This document shows, piece after piece, positions 9,306 to 18,246 of a stretch of 64,000 nucleotides of DNA (its first letter is position 1; each line of letters opens with the position of its first letter). The notes below the pieces were generated by a model, which ran no database searches, was not told the origin of the DNA, and saw only the letters and a program-made list of their open reading frames with translations. The DNA is taken from contig DASTMX010000110.1 in the NCBI GenBank assembly GCA_035713825.1, forward strand, positions 1,010-65,009, read 5' to 3'. The position numbers and the translations under genes were made by a program. The stretch comes from Candidatus Udaeobacter sp. Its GTDB lineage: Bacteria; Verrucomicrobiota; Verrucomicrobiia; Chthoniobacterales; UBA10450.

Positions 9306-10022
9306 ATGGCAGAGACGTCCGGTTACCAGCGAAGCGAGACACCGGCAGTTCCGTGGAGCGACGTGGTCCGTTTCATTCGTCAGCTGAGTCATGATCTGCG
9401 CAACCATCTGAATGCAATCGAACTGCAGTCAGCCTACATCGATGAATTGGAACAAGAAGATGAGCTCAAGGTTGAGATCAAGCGTTTAAAGAAAATGATT
9501 TCTGGAATGACGTCCACGTTGCAATCGCTTTCGAGGGCCGTGGGCGACATCAAACTCAATCCGATCTCGTATCAAGCCAGCGATTTGCTGGAAGATTTGC
9601 GCAGGAAAATCGATCGTGATTTCTCAGCGGAAAATGCGGCGATCAGCTGGGATCTTAACGCTGACGCAATGTTGAACGTTGATCCTCAGCTTTTACAGGA
9701 AGCATTTACCGAGATTTTTGCCAATGCGTTGCGGCACGCGGACGGCAGAAGCGATCTTGCTGTGACCGCCAAGATGAACGAAGGGCAATTGCTCATCGCC
9801 ATCCGTGAGGCAAAGACCCGATTTGAACTCTCCGTCAATAACTGGGGACGCGAACCGCTTCAGAACGTCAGCCAGGGCCACTACGCTCTTGGCCTAAATC
9901 GAGTCCGCGCTATCGTAGAAGCTCACGGTGGCAAAATATATGCTCAATTTGATCCGAAAACTTCGATGCTCACGACAAGGATCGTTCTGCCCGTTTCAAG
10001 TGCCGCTTCGAAAGATGGTTGA
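9306..10022 (+). CDS. cytoplasmic histidine kinase without recognisable sensor or TM domain (238 aa)
   Basis: The H-box LSHDLRNHLNAIELQ lies ~30 aa from ATG 9306. The ATPase has an N-box (EIFANALRHA) and a G-box (GLNRVRAIVEAHGGKI). The upstream part of the track ORF (9027-9305) is Cys/Phe-rich and unlikely to be coding. Confidence 0.75.
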   Translation: MAETSGYQRSETPAVPWSDVVRFIRQLSHDLRNHLNAIELQSAYIDELEQEDELKVEIKRLKKMISGMTSTLQSLSRAVGDIKLNPISYQASDLLEDLRRKIDRDFSAENAAISWDLNADAMLNVDPQLLQEAFTEIFANALRHADGRSDLAVTAKMNEGQLLIAIREAKTRFELSVNNWGREPLQNVSQGHYALGLNRVRAIVEAHGGKIYAQFDPKTSMLTTRIVLPVSSAASKDG

Positions 10023-10098
10023 GCCACACCATTTCCGGCTTTTAGAAAAACTGAAATCCGCTGTTCGTGCATAACACGAGCGACGTGAACATGCAGGG

Positions 10099-11493
10099 AT
10101 GAAAACCGCGAACTATCGCGTCCTTATCATTGACGACGAGCGCCCGGTGCTCATGACACTCGAGGCGTTGCTGACCCGCCATGGTTATCAGGTGGACACA
10201 GCATCCACAGCCTCGCAAGGACTCAAGCTATTACGATCAAAACCGCCCAACCTGGTTTTGCTCGATCTGCAGTTGCCGGACGTCGATGGACTGGAAACCC
10301 TGGATCGAATCAAGGCGGAGGTGCCCCAGATACAGGTCATCATTTTGACCGCCCACGACTCGCTGCACAACGCCATCGAATCAATCAAGCGCGGGGCATA
10401 CCACTTCATCAGCAAGCCCTACGCGCCGGAAGAGCTTCGTAGCCTGATGGAGAAAGCATTGGAAAAACAGTTCCTTTTACAAGAAGCCGAAGAACTCCGT
10501 GAGAAGACAGAGGAACTCGAGCAGCGATTGAAATTGGTGGAGGCGCGGCCTTCGCTCATTTTCAAAAGCAAACCGATGCAGGAAATTGAGGAATTAATCA
10601 ATGCGATGGCACCGTCAGACGCCAACGCGCTCATACTGGGTGAGAGCGGCGTGGGCAAAGAAGTAATTGCTAACGCCATTCACGCGCGAAGCCGGCGGGC
10701 GGAAAAGCCAATGGTGAAGCTCAATTGCGCGGCGTTTCCGCAAACGATGATTGAAGGCGAGCTTTTCGGTTACGTGAAAGGTGCATTCACTGGAGCGACG
10801 CAGGATTTCCCCGGAATGATTGCGGCGGCCGATGGTGGCACGCTTTTTCTAGACGAGATATCGGATATGCCGGCAGATCTGCAGACGCGCTTTTTGCGCG
10901 TTCTGCAAGAACGCGAATACCGGCCTCTTGGAAGCACACAGACGATGAAAGCAGATTTCCGTGCGATCGCTTCGACTAATCGCCCGATTCCCCAGGCCCT
11001 CGCGGAAAATCGGCTGCGTTCCGATTTGTACTACCGGTTAAATACATTTCAAATTGAAGTGCCGCCGCTTCGAAAGCGGAAACAAGATATCCCGCCTTTG
11101 ATTGCGGCGTTCGTGAGACAGTTTGCTCAGCAGCTCGGCAAATCCGAGCCTGAGCTTTCGCCGGAAGCCTTTCAAAAATTGCTCGATTATGCGTGGCCGG
11201 GAAATGTGCGCGAGCTGCAAAACGCGATTGAATATGCCGTTGTTCTGGCCCGCCAGGGAACGATTGACGTGAAAGAGCTGCCCGCGGAAATACAGTTGCC
11301 AACCGCGCTGCAACAAACTGAGCTCGCGGCCCTGCCGCGCACGGGCGTGCAGAGCCTCGACGACGTCGAAAGAACCGCCATTATTCAAGCACTGGCAGAA
11401 TGTCATGGAAACAAGAAGCGGGCAGCCGAGCTTCTCGGCATTCAACGGCCAACGCTTTACAACAAGATGAAGCGCTACGCCATCGAGCTGTAA
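10099..11493 (+). CDS. sigma-54-dependent response regulator (NtrC family: REC-AAA+-Fis HTH)
   Basis: Receiver domain (LIIDDE...LLDLQLPDVDG). AAA+ domain with Walker A GESGVGKE, the GAFTGA sigma-54 contact loop (KGAFTGAT) and Walker B LFLDEI. C-terminal HTH (KKRAAELLGIQRPTLYNKMKR). Confidence 0.92.
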   Translation: MKTANYRVLIIDDERPVLMTLEALLTRHGYQVDTASTASQGLKLLRSKPPNLVLLDLQLPDVDGLETLDRIKAEVPQIQVIILTAHDSLHNAIESIKRGAYHFISKPYAPEELRSLMEKALEKQFLLQEAEELREKTEELEQRLKLVEARPSLIFKSKPMQEIEELINAMAPSDANALILGESGVGKEVIANAIHARSRRAEKPMVKLNCAAFPQTMIEGELFGYVKGAFTGATQDFPGMIAAADGGTLFLDEISDMPADLQTRFLRVLQEREYRPLGSTQTMKADFRAIASTNRPIPQALAENRLRSDLYYRLNTFQIEVPPLRKRKQDIPPLIAAFVRQFAQQLGKSEPELSPEAFQKLLDYAWPGNVRELQNAIEYAVVLARQGTIDVKELPAEIQLPTALQQTELAALPRTGVQSLDDVERTAIIQALAECHGNKKRAAELLGIQRPTLYNKMKRYAIEL

Positions 11494-11583
11494 CGCAGCG
11501 TTTCGAAAACCTCGCCGGACTGGACGATGAGGACGTGAGCGCAAAGAAACGCCGCCTCTTTAACCTTTTAATTTGATACCCTC

Positions 11584-11937
11584 TTAACTCGGCTTCCTGA
11601 TCACCACTTCCAATTTTATCTCCTGGAACGCGAGTTGGTCGTGAATCATGCCAAGTAATTCGAGGGTACCTTTGTCCGGGATTTGCTCGCACCGGAGCTC
11701 AATGCGTGCCGGTTTACGCGCCAGTTCGGGGTGAGTCTCGGCCAATTCGCCGTCGAGCAGGAACGAAACATAGGCATTGAAGCGCTCCTGCAATCCGAGG
11801 AGTTGTTCATCCGAGCCATCCCACTCGTTAGGCTCATTCATCACCAGAACGGCTTCGCCGGTCTTTTTGTCCTCCGCGATCACATCAATGACACCGATGC
11901 GATCCTTGATTTCTGGCGTTTGAGGTTTGGTGTCCAT
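11584..11937 (-). CDS. hypothetical acidic protein, 117 aa
   Basis: The ORF from ATG 11937 (MDTKPQTPEIKDRIGVIDVIAED...) has protein-like composition. No motif recognised. Confidence 0.4.
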   Translation of the reverse strand: MDTKPQTPEIKDRIGVIDVIAEDKKTGEAVLVMNEPNEWDGSDEQLLGLQERFNAYVSFLLDGELAETHPELARKPARIELRCEQIPDKGTLELLGMIHDQLAFQEIKLEVVIRKPS

Positions 11938-12000
11938 CCAGGCAGCTCGACATTGGACGTTCGGTGGTCGCCAGTTCATGTTCAAGCTTAAGAAAATCAA

Positions 12001-12513
12001 ATGAACAATGATCTGAGTGCCCAGGAGGTTCGACACCTTCTAAAATTGAAGCCTCATGCCACATGCGGATATGTGCGCGTGACATTTGTCAGTAAACAAC
12101 GAATTGCACCCGGTGGACTGCCGCCGCCGTTCGTTGATGGCCGGCCAGCCGGGTCCGCACTCTATTTCATGGTTACCCCGGAAGCGCCTGTGCGCCTGCA
12201 TCGGATCCGGAACGATCAGCTTTATCACCGTTATTTAGGCGATCCGATTGAAGTTTTAATGCTGCACGAAAACGGAGCAAGCGAGCGCGCAATAGTCGGC
12301 CCGGATCTGCGGGCGGGTCACTGCGTGCAGCTCTTGATCCCGGGCAATACCTTTCACACCGCGCGCGTCATCGGACAAAGGCGCTGGTTCCTCGGCGCGA
12401 GCACGGAATGGCCCGGCGTAGAGACTGTCGATATCGAAATTGGCGATGTCGAGGTGCTGGCGGCGAAATATCCTGGCGTGGCAAACGATCTGCGCGCATT
12501 CCAACATGGATAG
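12001..12513 (+). CDS. cupin-fold protein (DUF985-like)
   Basis: 170 aa. The N-terminal LKLKPHATCGYVRVTF and later HRIRNDQLYH / GNTFHTA blocks resemble the DUF985 cupin family from memory. Confidence 0.55.
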   Translation: MNNDLSAQEVRHLLKLKPHATCGYVRVTFVSKQRIAPGGLPPPFVDGRPAGSALYFMVTPEAPVRLHRIRNDQLYHRYLGDPIEVLMLHENGASERAIVGPDLRAGHCVQLLIPGNTFHTARVIGQRRWFLGASTEWPGVETVDIEIGDVEVLAAKYPGVANDLRAFQHG

Positions 12514-12636
12514 CGGCAATTGATCCTGATCGTCGCTGAACTTTGCAACGATGCTTGCATCGAGCATCGGAAGAGGTTTGCCACAACCGCCTTTACACGG
12601 GTTGACCGCAAACGGGTCTGGTAGACGTTAATCGCC

Positions 12637-13077
12637 GTGATAAAGAGAAAACGCGCACCCCAGCTAACGCTCCTTGGGCGAAGTGAAGCGAAAATGCCCG
12701 CCTCACCAGGCGAAGCACGGCTCGAAACGTTTCCCAATCCTGCGCGGCAGCGGAATTATTGGATTCATTTTGAAACAGACGATTTCACTTCAGTTTGCCC
12801 CGTCACCGGCCAGCCGGATTTTGCGAGGATAGACATCGAATACATACCCGACCGCCTCTGTGTCGAAAGCAAATCGCTCAAGTTTTACCTGGCCTCCTAC
12901 CGGAATGAGCGAGCCTTTAACGAAGCAGTCACCAATCGGATTTTGGAGGACTTTGTCAAAGCATGCGTGCCACGCGAGGCCGTGGTCACTGCGCAATTCT
13001 CGGCACGCGGTGGAATCGCTCTGACGGTCCGCGCTGAGTATCCCGACAAGGGCAAAATCGCCCGGGACGGCCGATGA
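12637..13077 (+). CDS. queF: NADPH-dependent 7-cyano-7-deazaguanine (preQ0) reductase, type I
   Basis: FTSVCPVTGQPDFARIDIEYIP (catalytic Cys), ESKSLKFYLASYRN and the C-terminal RGGI match unimodular QueF. GTG start at 12637 is favoured because LTLLG aligns with the B. subtilis QueF N-terminus. Confidence 0.9.
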   Translation: MIKRKRAPQLTLLGRSEAKMPASPGEARLETFPNPARQRNYWIHFETDDFTSVCPVTGQPDFARIDIEYIPDRLCVESKSLKFYLASYRNERAFNEAVTNRILEDFVKACVPREAVVTAQFSARGGIALTVRAEYPDKGKIARDGR

Positions 13078-13116
13078 AATGACGACAGGAAGATTTATCG
13101 AGCTTTGTTTTGTCGC

Positions 13117-13210
13117 CTCTCTCTTTCACACAAAGGGAGCGGGTTAAGGTGAAGGGCCGTCTGCCAACCGATCGAAAACTTTCACCCTACTCTCCTCCTT
13201 GCAAAGGGAG
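13117..13210. repeat. REP-like imperfect palindromic spacer between queF and queC
   Basis: CAAAGGGAG occurs twice (13131-13139, 13202-13210), each preceded by a pyrimidine run able to pair with it. GGTTAAGGTGAAGGG (13142-13156) is inverted relative to CTTTCACCCTAC (13179-13190). Confidence 0.5.
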
Positions 13211-13250
13211 ACGAATCAGGCGCGATTGTCGCGATGGGTCCCACTAGCCA

Positions 13251-13934
13251 ATGAAACGCGCGGTTGTTCTTTTGAGCGGCGGAATTGATTCGACAACAAC
13301 ACTGGCGATTGCAACGGCCGAGGGGTACGACGTCCATGCACTTTCATTCGATTATGGGCAACGTCACCAGATTGAAACGGGAGCTGCACACCGCGTCGCC
13401 GACTCGTTAGGCGCAAGAGAACATCGCGTCGTAAAGATCGACTTACGCGTCTTTGGCGGCTCGGCGCTGACAGATGATATCGATGTACCGAAGAAGCGAC
13501 CGGAAAAAGAAATCGCGCATGAGATTCCGGTTACGTACGTCCCTGCGCGCAACACCATCTTTCTGGCTTACGCACTTGCGTGGTCTGAAGTGTTGTCGGC
13601 TAAGGATATTTTTATTGGCGTGAACGCGATTGACTACAGCGGCTATCCCGATTGCCGCCCGGAATTCATCGAAGCGTTTGAAAACATGGCCAATCTTGCG
13701 ACGAAAGCCGGCGCCATGGGCAGGCGTTTTCAAATTCATACGCCGCTGATCGAACTTTCGAAAGCCGAAATAATTCGGAAAGCAGTCGACCTCGGAGTTG
13801 ATCTTTCGCTCACACACAGCTGCTACGATCCAACTTCGGGAGGTCTCGCCTGCGGCGAGTGCGATTCCTGTCTCTTGCGACTTAAAGGTTTTCGCGAAGC
13901 CGGAATCAAAGATCCGGTTCGCTACGTGAAATAA
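13251..13934 (+). CDS. queC: 7-cyano-7-deazaguanine synthase
   Basis: PP-loop [22 protein letters not shown], and the C-terminal Zn cluster CYDP...[10 protein letters not shown]. Confidence 0.93.
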   Translation: MKRAVVLLSGGIDSTTTLAIATAEGYDVHALSFDYGQRHQIETGAAHRVADSLGAREHRVVKIDLRVFGGSALTDDIDVPKKRPEKEIAHEIPVTYVPARNTIFLAYALAWSEVLSAKDIFIGVNAIDYSGYPDCRPEFIEAFENMANLATKAGAMGRRFQIHTPLIELSKAEIIRKAVDLGVDLSLTHSCYDPTSGGLACGECDSCLLRLKGFREAGIKDPVRYVK

Positions 13935-13943
13935 GCAACTCCC

Positions 13944-14032
13944 GTCATGTCGAGCGACGCGAAACATCTCTCACTTCTGGCTTAATTAATCTATGAGAAA
14001 TAATTGAGATTCTTCGCTTCGCTCAGAATGAC
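13944..14032. repeat. inverted pair of the ~29-nt dispersed repeat downstream of queC
   Basis: GTCATGTCGAGCGACGCGAAACATCTCTC (13944-13972) and the reverse complement of 14006-14032 (GTCATTCTGAGCGAAGCGAAGAATCTC), separated by a 33-nt AT-rich spacer. Confidence 0.65.
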
Positions 14033-14101
14033 TACTCTCAGGAAGCAAAATGAAGAAAGCGGTGTTCCGAAATTAAGCAGGAAAAGCTGCGCAATTCTTC
14101 G

Positions 14102-14287
14102 ATGAAGCGCCCGTTCCGGATATTCGAACTCTCCAAAAACGAGCAGCGCGTTGTTCTCATCGTGATCTTCGTCCTGATTGCGATCGCATTTGCGAAATAT
14201 CAACGCCGTCTCCACTACTCTGATGTTCAGCCGGCATCCGCTACGGAAGGAAAACCGTCGTCGGTCTCGGCGGAGAACAGACAATGA
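14102..14287 (+). CDS. possible small single-pass membrane protein (61 aa)
   Basis: ATG ORF with one clear hydrophobic helix (VVLIVIFVLIAIAFA) flanked by basic residues. No RBS and no family. The competing antisense ORF 13991..14284 is partly a translated repeat. Confidence 0.25.
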   Translation: MKRPFRIFELSKNEQRVVLIVIFVLIAIAFAKYQRRLHYSDVQPASATEGKPSSVSAENRQ

Positions 14288-14298
14288 ACAGCGTTATC

Positions 14299-15240
14299 CT
14301 AATCCTCACTTAAGCCGGGAATCCGTCCGTAGCCGACGAAATTCGGGCTGACCTTTGCGTCTCCACTTTTTGGTGGCGGTGGCATTTTGAAATCGAAAAC
14401 GCTAACGCCAAAGCGTTGTTTTCCATCGTACGTGCGACCATCGCTCGATCCAAGCATGACGCGCTTTTTGGTGCGCTTTTCGCGGCCGAGGTAAATCATC
14501 GTATGAGTGATCGGCGGATCGCGATCGATGTTGTAGGTGCCGCTCCAAAACAACAGATCCCCGGGTTTAAGATCAGTGAGCTCGAATGAATCCTCGTTGC
14601 GACTCAAGACCGCATTGAAGTCGCCGGCCTTACGCACCCAAACGTATTGCTGACTCGAATCGCGCGGCACCTCTTTAAATCCGTTTTCGCTCAGCAGGTA
14701 GTAGATAAAACCGGAACAATCCATCCCGCCGTTCGCCGGATCGGCAGACCCGTAGCTATACCCAAGATTCTGCCTTGTTAGCGCGAGCCCCGCATCAAGA
14801 ATCTGGCGCACTTTCGGCGGATAAGCAGCGAAACCTTCAATCTGATCGGGCAAAAGAGTCACATTAGGCGCGCCTTTCGTTTCTGAGCCGGGATTTGGCG
14901 AGCGTGAAGAAATGGGGCTTTCCGTCGGACTGGGGGCTGGCGTTTCTTCCGGACTCGGCGTCGGTGAATTGCGTTTGTGTTTTCGTTTTCCTTCAGGAGT
15001 CGAGGTGGGAGAGGGCGTCGGTGAAATCTTCTTGTGTCTCGGCGAGGCCGTGGGCGAAGGAGTAGAAGTTGCCTTCTTTTTCCGATGTTTACTCTTCGGA
15101 GCCGGAGTTGGAGTCGGCTCGAAAACCTTCCTGATCTTTTTGCCTAACGACTCCTCGGCCTCGACGGATATAAGGAGCGTGCCACAACAAACCGTGACCG
15201 CCAAAATTACCCGCGCGATTATTTTAGGTGCGAAAAACAA
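14299..15240 (-). CDS. secreted NlpC/P60 (C40) peptidoglycan endopeptidase with Pro/Ser/Thr/Lys-rich linker
   Basis: Signal peptide, then an ~85-aa low-complexity linker (SPTPSP-type repeats interspersed with K/R runs). The C40 domain has the catalytic Cys in GGMDCSGFIYYLL and His in THTMIYLG. The TTG start directly follows the upstream TGA. Confidence 0.85.
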   Translation of the reverse strand: MFFAPKIIARVILAVTVCCGTLLISVEAEESLGKKIRKVFEPTPTPAPKSKHRKKKATSTPSPTASPRHKKISPTPSPTSTPEGKRKHKRNSPTPSPEETPAPSPTESPISSRSPNPGSETKGAPNVTLLPDQIEGFAAYPPKVRQILDAGLALTRQNLGYSYGSADPANGGMDCSGFIYYLLSENGFKEVPRDSSQQYVWVRKAGDFNAVLSRNEDSFELTDLKPGDLLFWSGTYNIDRDPPITHTMIYLGREKRTKKRVMLGSSDGRTYDGKQRFGVSVFDFKMPPPPKSGDAKVSPNFVGYGRIPGLSED

Positions 15241-16575
15241 TCAGCGCGCGAGCTCCTGAAGAATTGCCTTGTTCAGACGAATGCCGCCCTCGAAATTTTC
15301 GAGAGGAAAATTTTCGTTAGGCGAATGCGCGCGACAATCGGGTAGTGCCAATCCCATTAACAACGTTTCGATGCCCAGAATGCCGCGGAACTGCGAGACA
15401 ATCGGAATGCTACCGCCTTCACGGATGAGCGCGGCGTCGCGTTTGAACGCTTCGCGCAAGGCGCGCTGCGCCGCTTTGCCGATTGCTGAATTTGGATCGG
15501 TAAGATACCAGGGCCCGGTATGTCCGTCGGTGATTTCGAGGGTGACACCTCTGGGAAGGTTCTTTCTTAAGTGTTCTCCTGCCAATTTCAGGATTTCTTC
15601 GCCTTCCTGGTCGGGAACAAGACGGAACGTGAGTTTTGCGAACGCATGACTTGGAATCACCGTCTTGGTACCCTGTCCCTGATATCCTCCGCCGATTCCA
15701 TTGATCTCCGCGGTGGGTCGAGCCCAGATGCGCTCTACTGAATTGTAACCAGCCTCACCAAAGAGTTCCGGTACGCCTGTTTCATCGCGAATTAATTTAT
15801 CCCCATCGACTGGAAGTTTCTGCCACGCTTCGCGCTCCCACTTTTCCAGCGGCTTCACCCGATCATAGAAGCCAGCGATCGCCACGCGTCCTTCGCGATC
15901 GTGGAGCGTAGCCAGTAATTGCGCGAGGGCTGTAATTGGATTTTGGACGGCGCCTCCAAAAATACCGGAGTGCAGATCCATCTTTGGACCCGTCACCTTG
16001 ATTTCGAGAGCGGTCACTCCACGTAACCCGTAGCTCAGCGTTGGCACTCCGCGCTCGATCATTCCCGTATCCGAAACCACTGCCACGTCGCTTTTGAGTG
16101 CAGCGCGATTTTTGTCCAGAAATCCGCCGAGATGCACGCTACCAATTTCCTCTTCACCTTCGATCACCAGGTGCAGGTTCACCGGCAGATCGCCACCTTG
16201 TTCGATGGTCTCCTGAATGCCAAGGATGTGCGCGAGAATCTGTCCCTTATTGTCGGTGGCGCCGCGGGCAAAGACGTATCCGTTCTTCAAAACAGGCTCA
16301 AATGGGGGAGAGTCCCAAAGCTCCAAGGGATCAGGAGGCTGCACATCATAATGGCCGTAGATTAAAACAGTGCGACGCCCGGGCTGATGTTTGTTGCGCG
16401 CCCAAACAATGGGATGTCCGTTTGTTGGGACGAGCTGGGTTTCCAATCCGATGCTGGTGAGTTTCTTTACGAGCCAGTCTGCGCATTGTTGCAGATTTTT
16501 CTTGTACTTGTCGTCAGTCGAAACACTTGGAAACCGCAGAAACGAATAATAATCCTCGAGGTAATTGTCGCGCAT
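15241..16575 (-). CDS. M20 family dipeptidase/metallopeptidase
   Basis: YGHYDVQP...WDSPPFEP...ARGATDNKGQ and EGEEEIGS metal-ligand blocks typical of M20 (ArgE/DapE/CPG2-like). Start is ATG 16575 or GTG 16581. Confidence 0.85.
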   Translation of the reverse strand: MRDNYLEDYYSFLRFPSVSTDDKYKKNLQQCADWLVKKLTSIGLETQLVPTNGHPIVWARNKHQPGRRTVLIYGHYDVQPPDPLELWDSPPFEPVLKNGYVFARGATDNKGQILAHILGIQETIEQGGDLPVNLHLVIEGEEEIGSVHLGGFLDKNRAALKSDVAVVSDTGMIERGVPTLSYGLRGVTALEIKVTGPKMDLHSGIFGGAVQNPITALAQLLATLHDREGRVAIAGFYDRVKPLEKWEREAWQKLPVDGDKLIRDETGVPELFGEAGYNSVERIWARPTAEINGIGGGYQGQGTKTVIPSHAFAKLTFRLVPDQEGEEILKLAGEHLRKNLPRGVTLEITDGHTGPWYLTDPNSAIGKAAQRALREAFKRDAALIREGGSIPIVSQFRGILGIETLLMGLALPDCRAHSPNENFPLENFEGGIRLNKAILQELAR

Positions 16576-16606
16576 GGCCACAAGCTAATCGGTTTTCATT
16601 GTTTGC

Positions 16607-17938
16607 CTACGATTTCCGGCGAAGTCCAATACGGATTAGATACAAAAGTGAGGCAGCCCCCAGCACAATGCCGGTCACAACAAATTCGCGAGCTGTAGCA
16701 TGTGTCAAAATCCAGATGATGGCCACGATCGCAAGCGCGGGTACGATTTTCATGCCAGGGAAATTAAAAGGCTTCGCGCCATCGGCTCGTACATCACGCT
16801 GCACGAGGACCCAGCAACTGGCGCAGCACAGCAGATAAATCAGCAATACTGCGACGTTTGAGAGGACGGCAAGTTTCTCAAACGTGCCGCTAATTGACAA
16901 GCCAAGCGCCAGGACTGCGTAAGTGATAATTGCTACATCAGGCGATCGATAACGCGGATGAACGTGGGCAAAAAACTGCGGTAGCGCGCCATCGCGGCCG
17001 AAAGCAAAAATCATGCGGGGCGAACTGAGGATATCGCTGGTGACAAACCCAAATGCTGAGATGGTTGCTCCGGCTAAAAGAATCGTACGTCCCAGATTTC
17101 CAAGGAACTTCGCGGCCGATTCGGCGAGTGGTGAGTCCGGATGATTCGCCAAATCGGCGCCAAGCGTCCCCTGCCCCACAAGTTGGATCAAAATGTAAAT
17201 GATCGTTGTAATGACAAGCGCGAGATAAGCTGAGCGCGGAACGGTACGCGCCGGATTTTTTACTTCACCGCTGGGAATCAGCGCCACTTCGATTCCGACG
17301 AAGGCGAAAATCAATAGAATCACCGCGTCGCCTAACGACTTGCTGCCAGGCCAGCCGCTCCAGGTAAGATTTTGCCAGTGAACAAAAAATAAACCCACGC
17401 CAGCGAACAGCAACAGAGGGAGAAGCTTTGCGACTGTAATTGCCGTCACCGCGCCCGCTCCCTGCCGGACGCCACGGATATTGATTAATACCAGCGAGCT
17501 ATAAACGGCAATCATCACGATCACGCGCATCACCGGGCTGCCAAGAAATGGGACGACGAGCGCGATTGAATTTGCAAGAACATTTACGACGCCAGCTACC
17601 GCGCCGAGTGCACTTAGAAAGTAAAGCATGCCAGCGAGAAATCCGACGTAACGACCAAAAGCGACTTCCACATATGCGTACAGTCCGCCGGTGAGCGACA
17701 CCCGGCTGCCTGCGATTGCGAAGCAGGTCACGAACAACACCATTGCCAATGCACAACAAACAAACGCAATCGGCGCTGCCGGGCCAAGGTCTCTCGCGAC
17801 GGCCGCGGGAATCACAAAAATTCCCGCACCAATCGTCGAACTGACGATGTTTGCGGTCAGGGCGGGGATCCCGATGCCCCGGACCAGTTGATGATCGACG
17901 CGCTCTGCCTGCTGGATCGACAGCGTCGATTCATCCAT
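16607..17938 (-). CDS. APC superfamily amino acid permease
   Basis: 443 aa with ~12 hydrophobic segments. The N-terminal GIPALTANIVSSTIGAGIFVIPA matches the APC signature region. Confidence 0.85.
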   Translation of the reverse strand: MDESTLSIQQAERVDHQLVRGIGIPALTANIVSSTIGAGIFVIPAAVARDLGPAAPIAFVCCALAMVLFVTCFAIAGSRVSLTGGLYAYVEVAFGRYVGFLAGMLYFLSALGAVAGVVNVLANSIALVVPFLGSPVMRVIVMIAVYSSLVLINIRGVRQGAGAVTAITVAKLLPLLLFAGVGLFFVHWQNLTWSGWPGSKSLGDAVILLIFAFVGIEVALIPSGEVKNPARTVPRSAYLALVITTIIYILIQLVGQGTLGADLANHPDSPLAESAAKFLGNLGRTILLAGATISAFGFVTSDILSSPRMIFAFGRDGALPQFFAHVHPRYRSPDVAIITYAVLALGLSISGTFEKLAVLSNVAVLLIYLLCCASCWVLVQRDVRADGAKPFNFPGMKIVPALAIVAIIWILTHATAREFVVTGIVLGAASLLYLIRIGLRRKS

Positions 17939-18246
17939 CGGCGCATCCTGCGTGAATCAGTTGTGTAAAGCAAGAGTGCGCGATAAGCTTTGCGATCCAG
18001 GGGAACGCAGGTGAATTATCAATCGGGAGCGTGGGAAAACCGAAAATCAGGCTGCCGGCATAACTCCATCACGGCTGGCGCCTTGCCCTCCAGATCGTCC
18101 GCCAGGATCCGAATTAAAAGAAAGCACCGCCCCACCCCAATATCGTGTGGTCGGGCTCCGCCGAAAACCCTCCAAATTGTGTGTTTTTTGCTTGTAACCC
18201 GCAAATGCCTGCTGTATTGACCTCGTGAGGCTGAGGTTGGCCTATC

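Noticed and set aside
12514-12636. Possible preQ1 riboswitch in the leader of queF
   Set aside because: I found only a generic 7-bp hairpin (CGATGCT/AGCATCG, about 12560-12580). I could not find the preQ1-I/II consensus features, namely a short stem followed by an A-rich tail with the conserved C and the CCCUCU-type pairing. A covariance-model scan would be needed to revisit this.
13991-14284. 97-aa minus-strand ORF
   Set aside because: Its C-terminal part (..VVILSEAKNL..) is simply the translated dispersed repeat, and the rest overlaps the more plausible small plus-strand membrane ORF.
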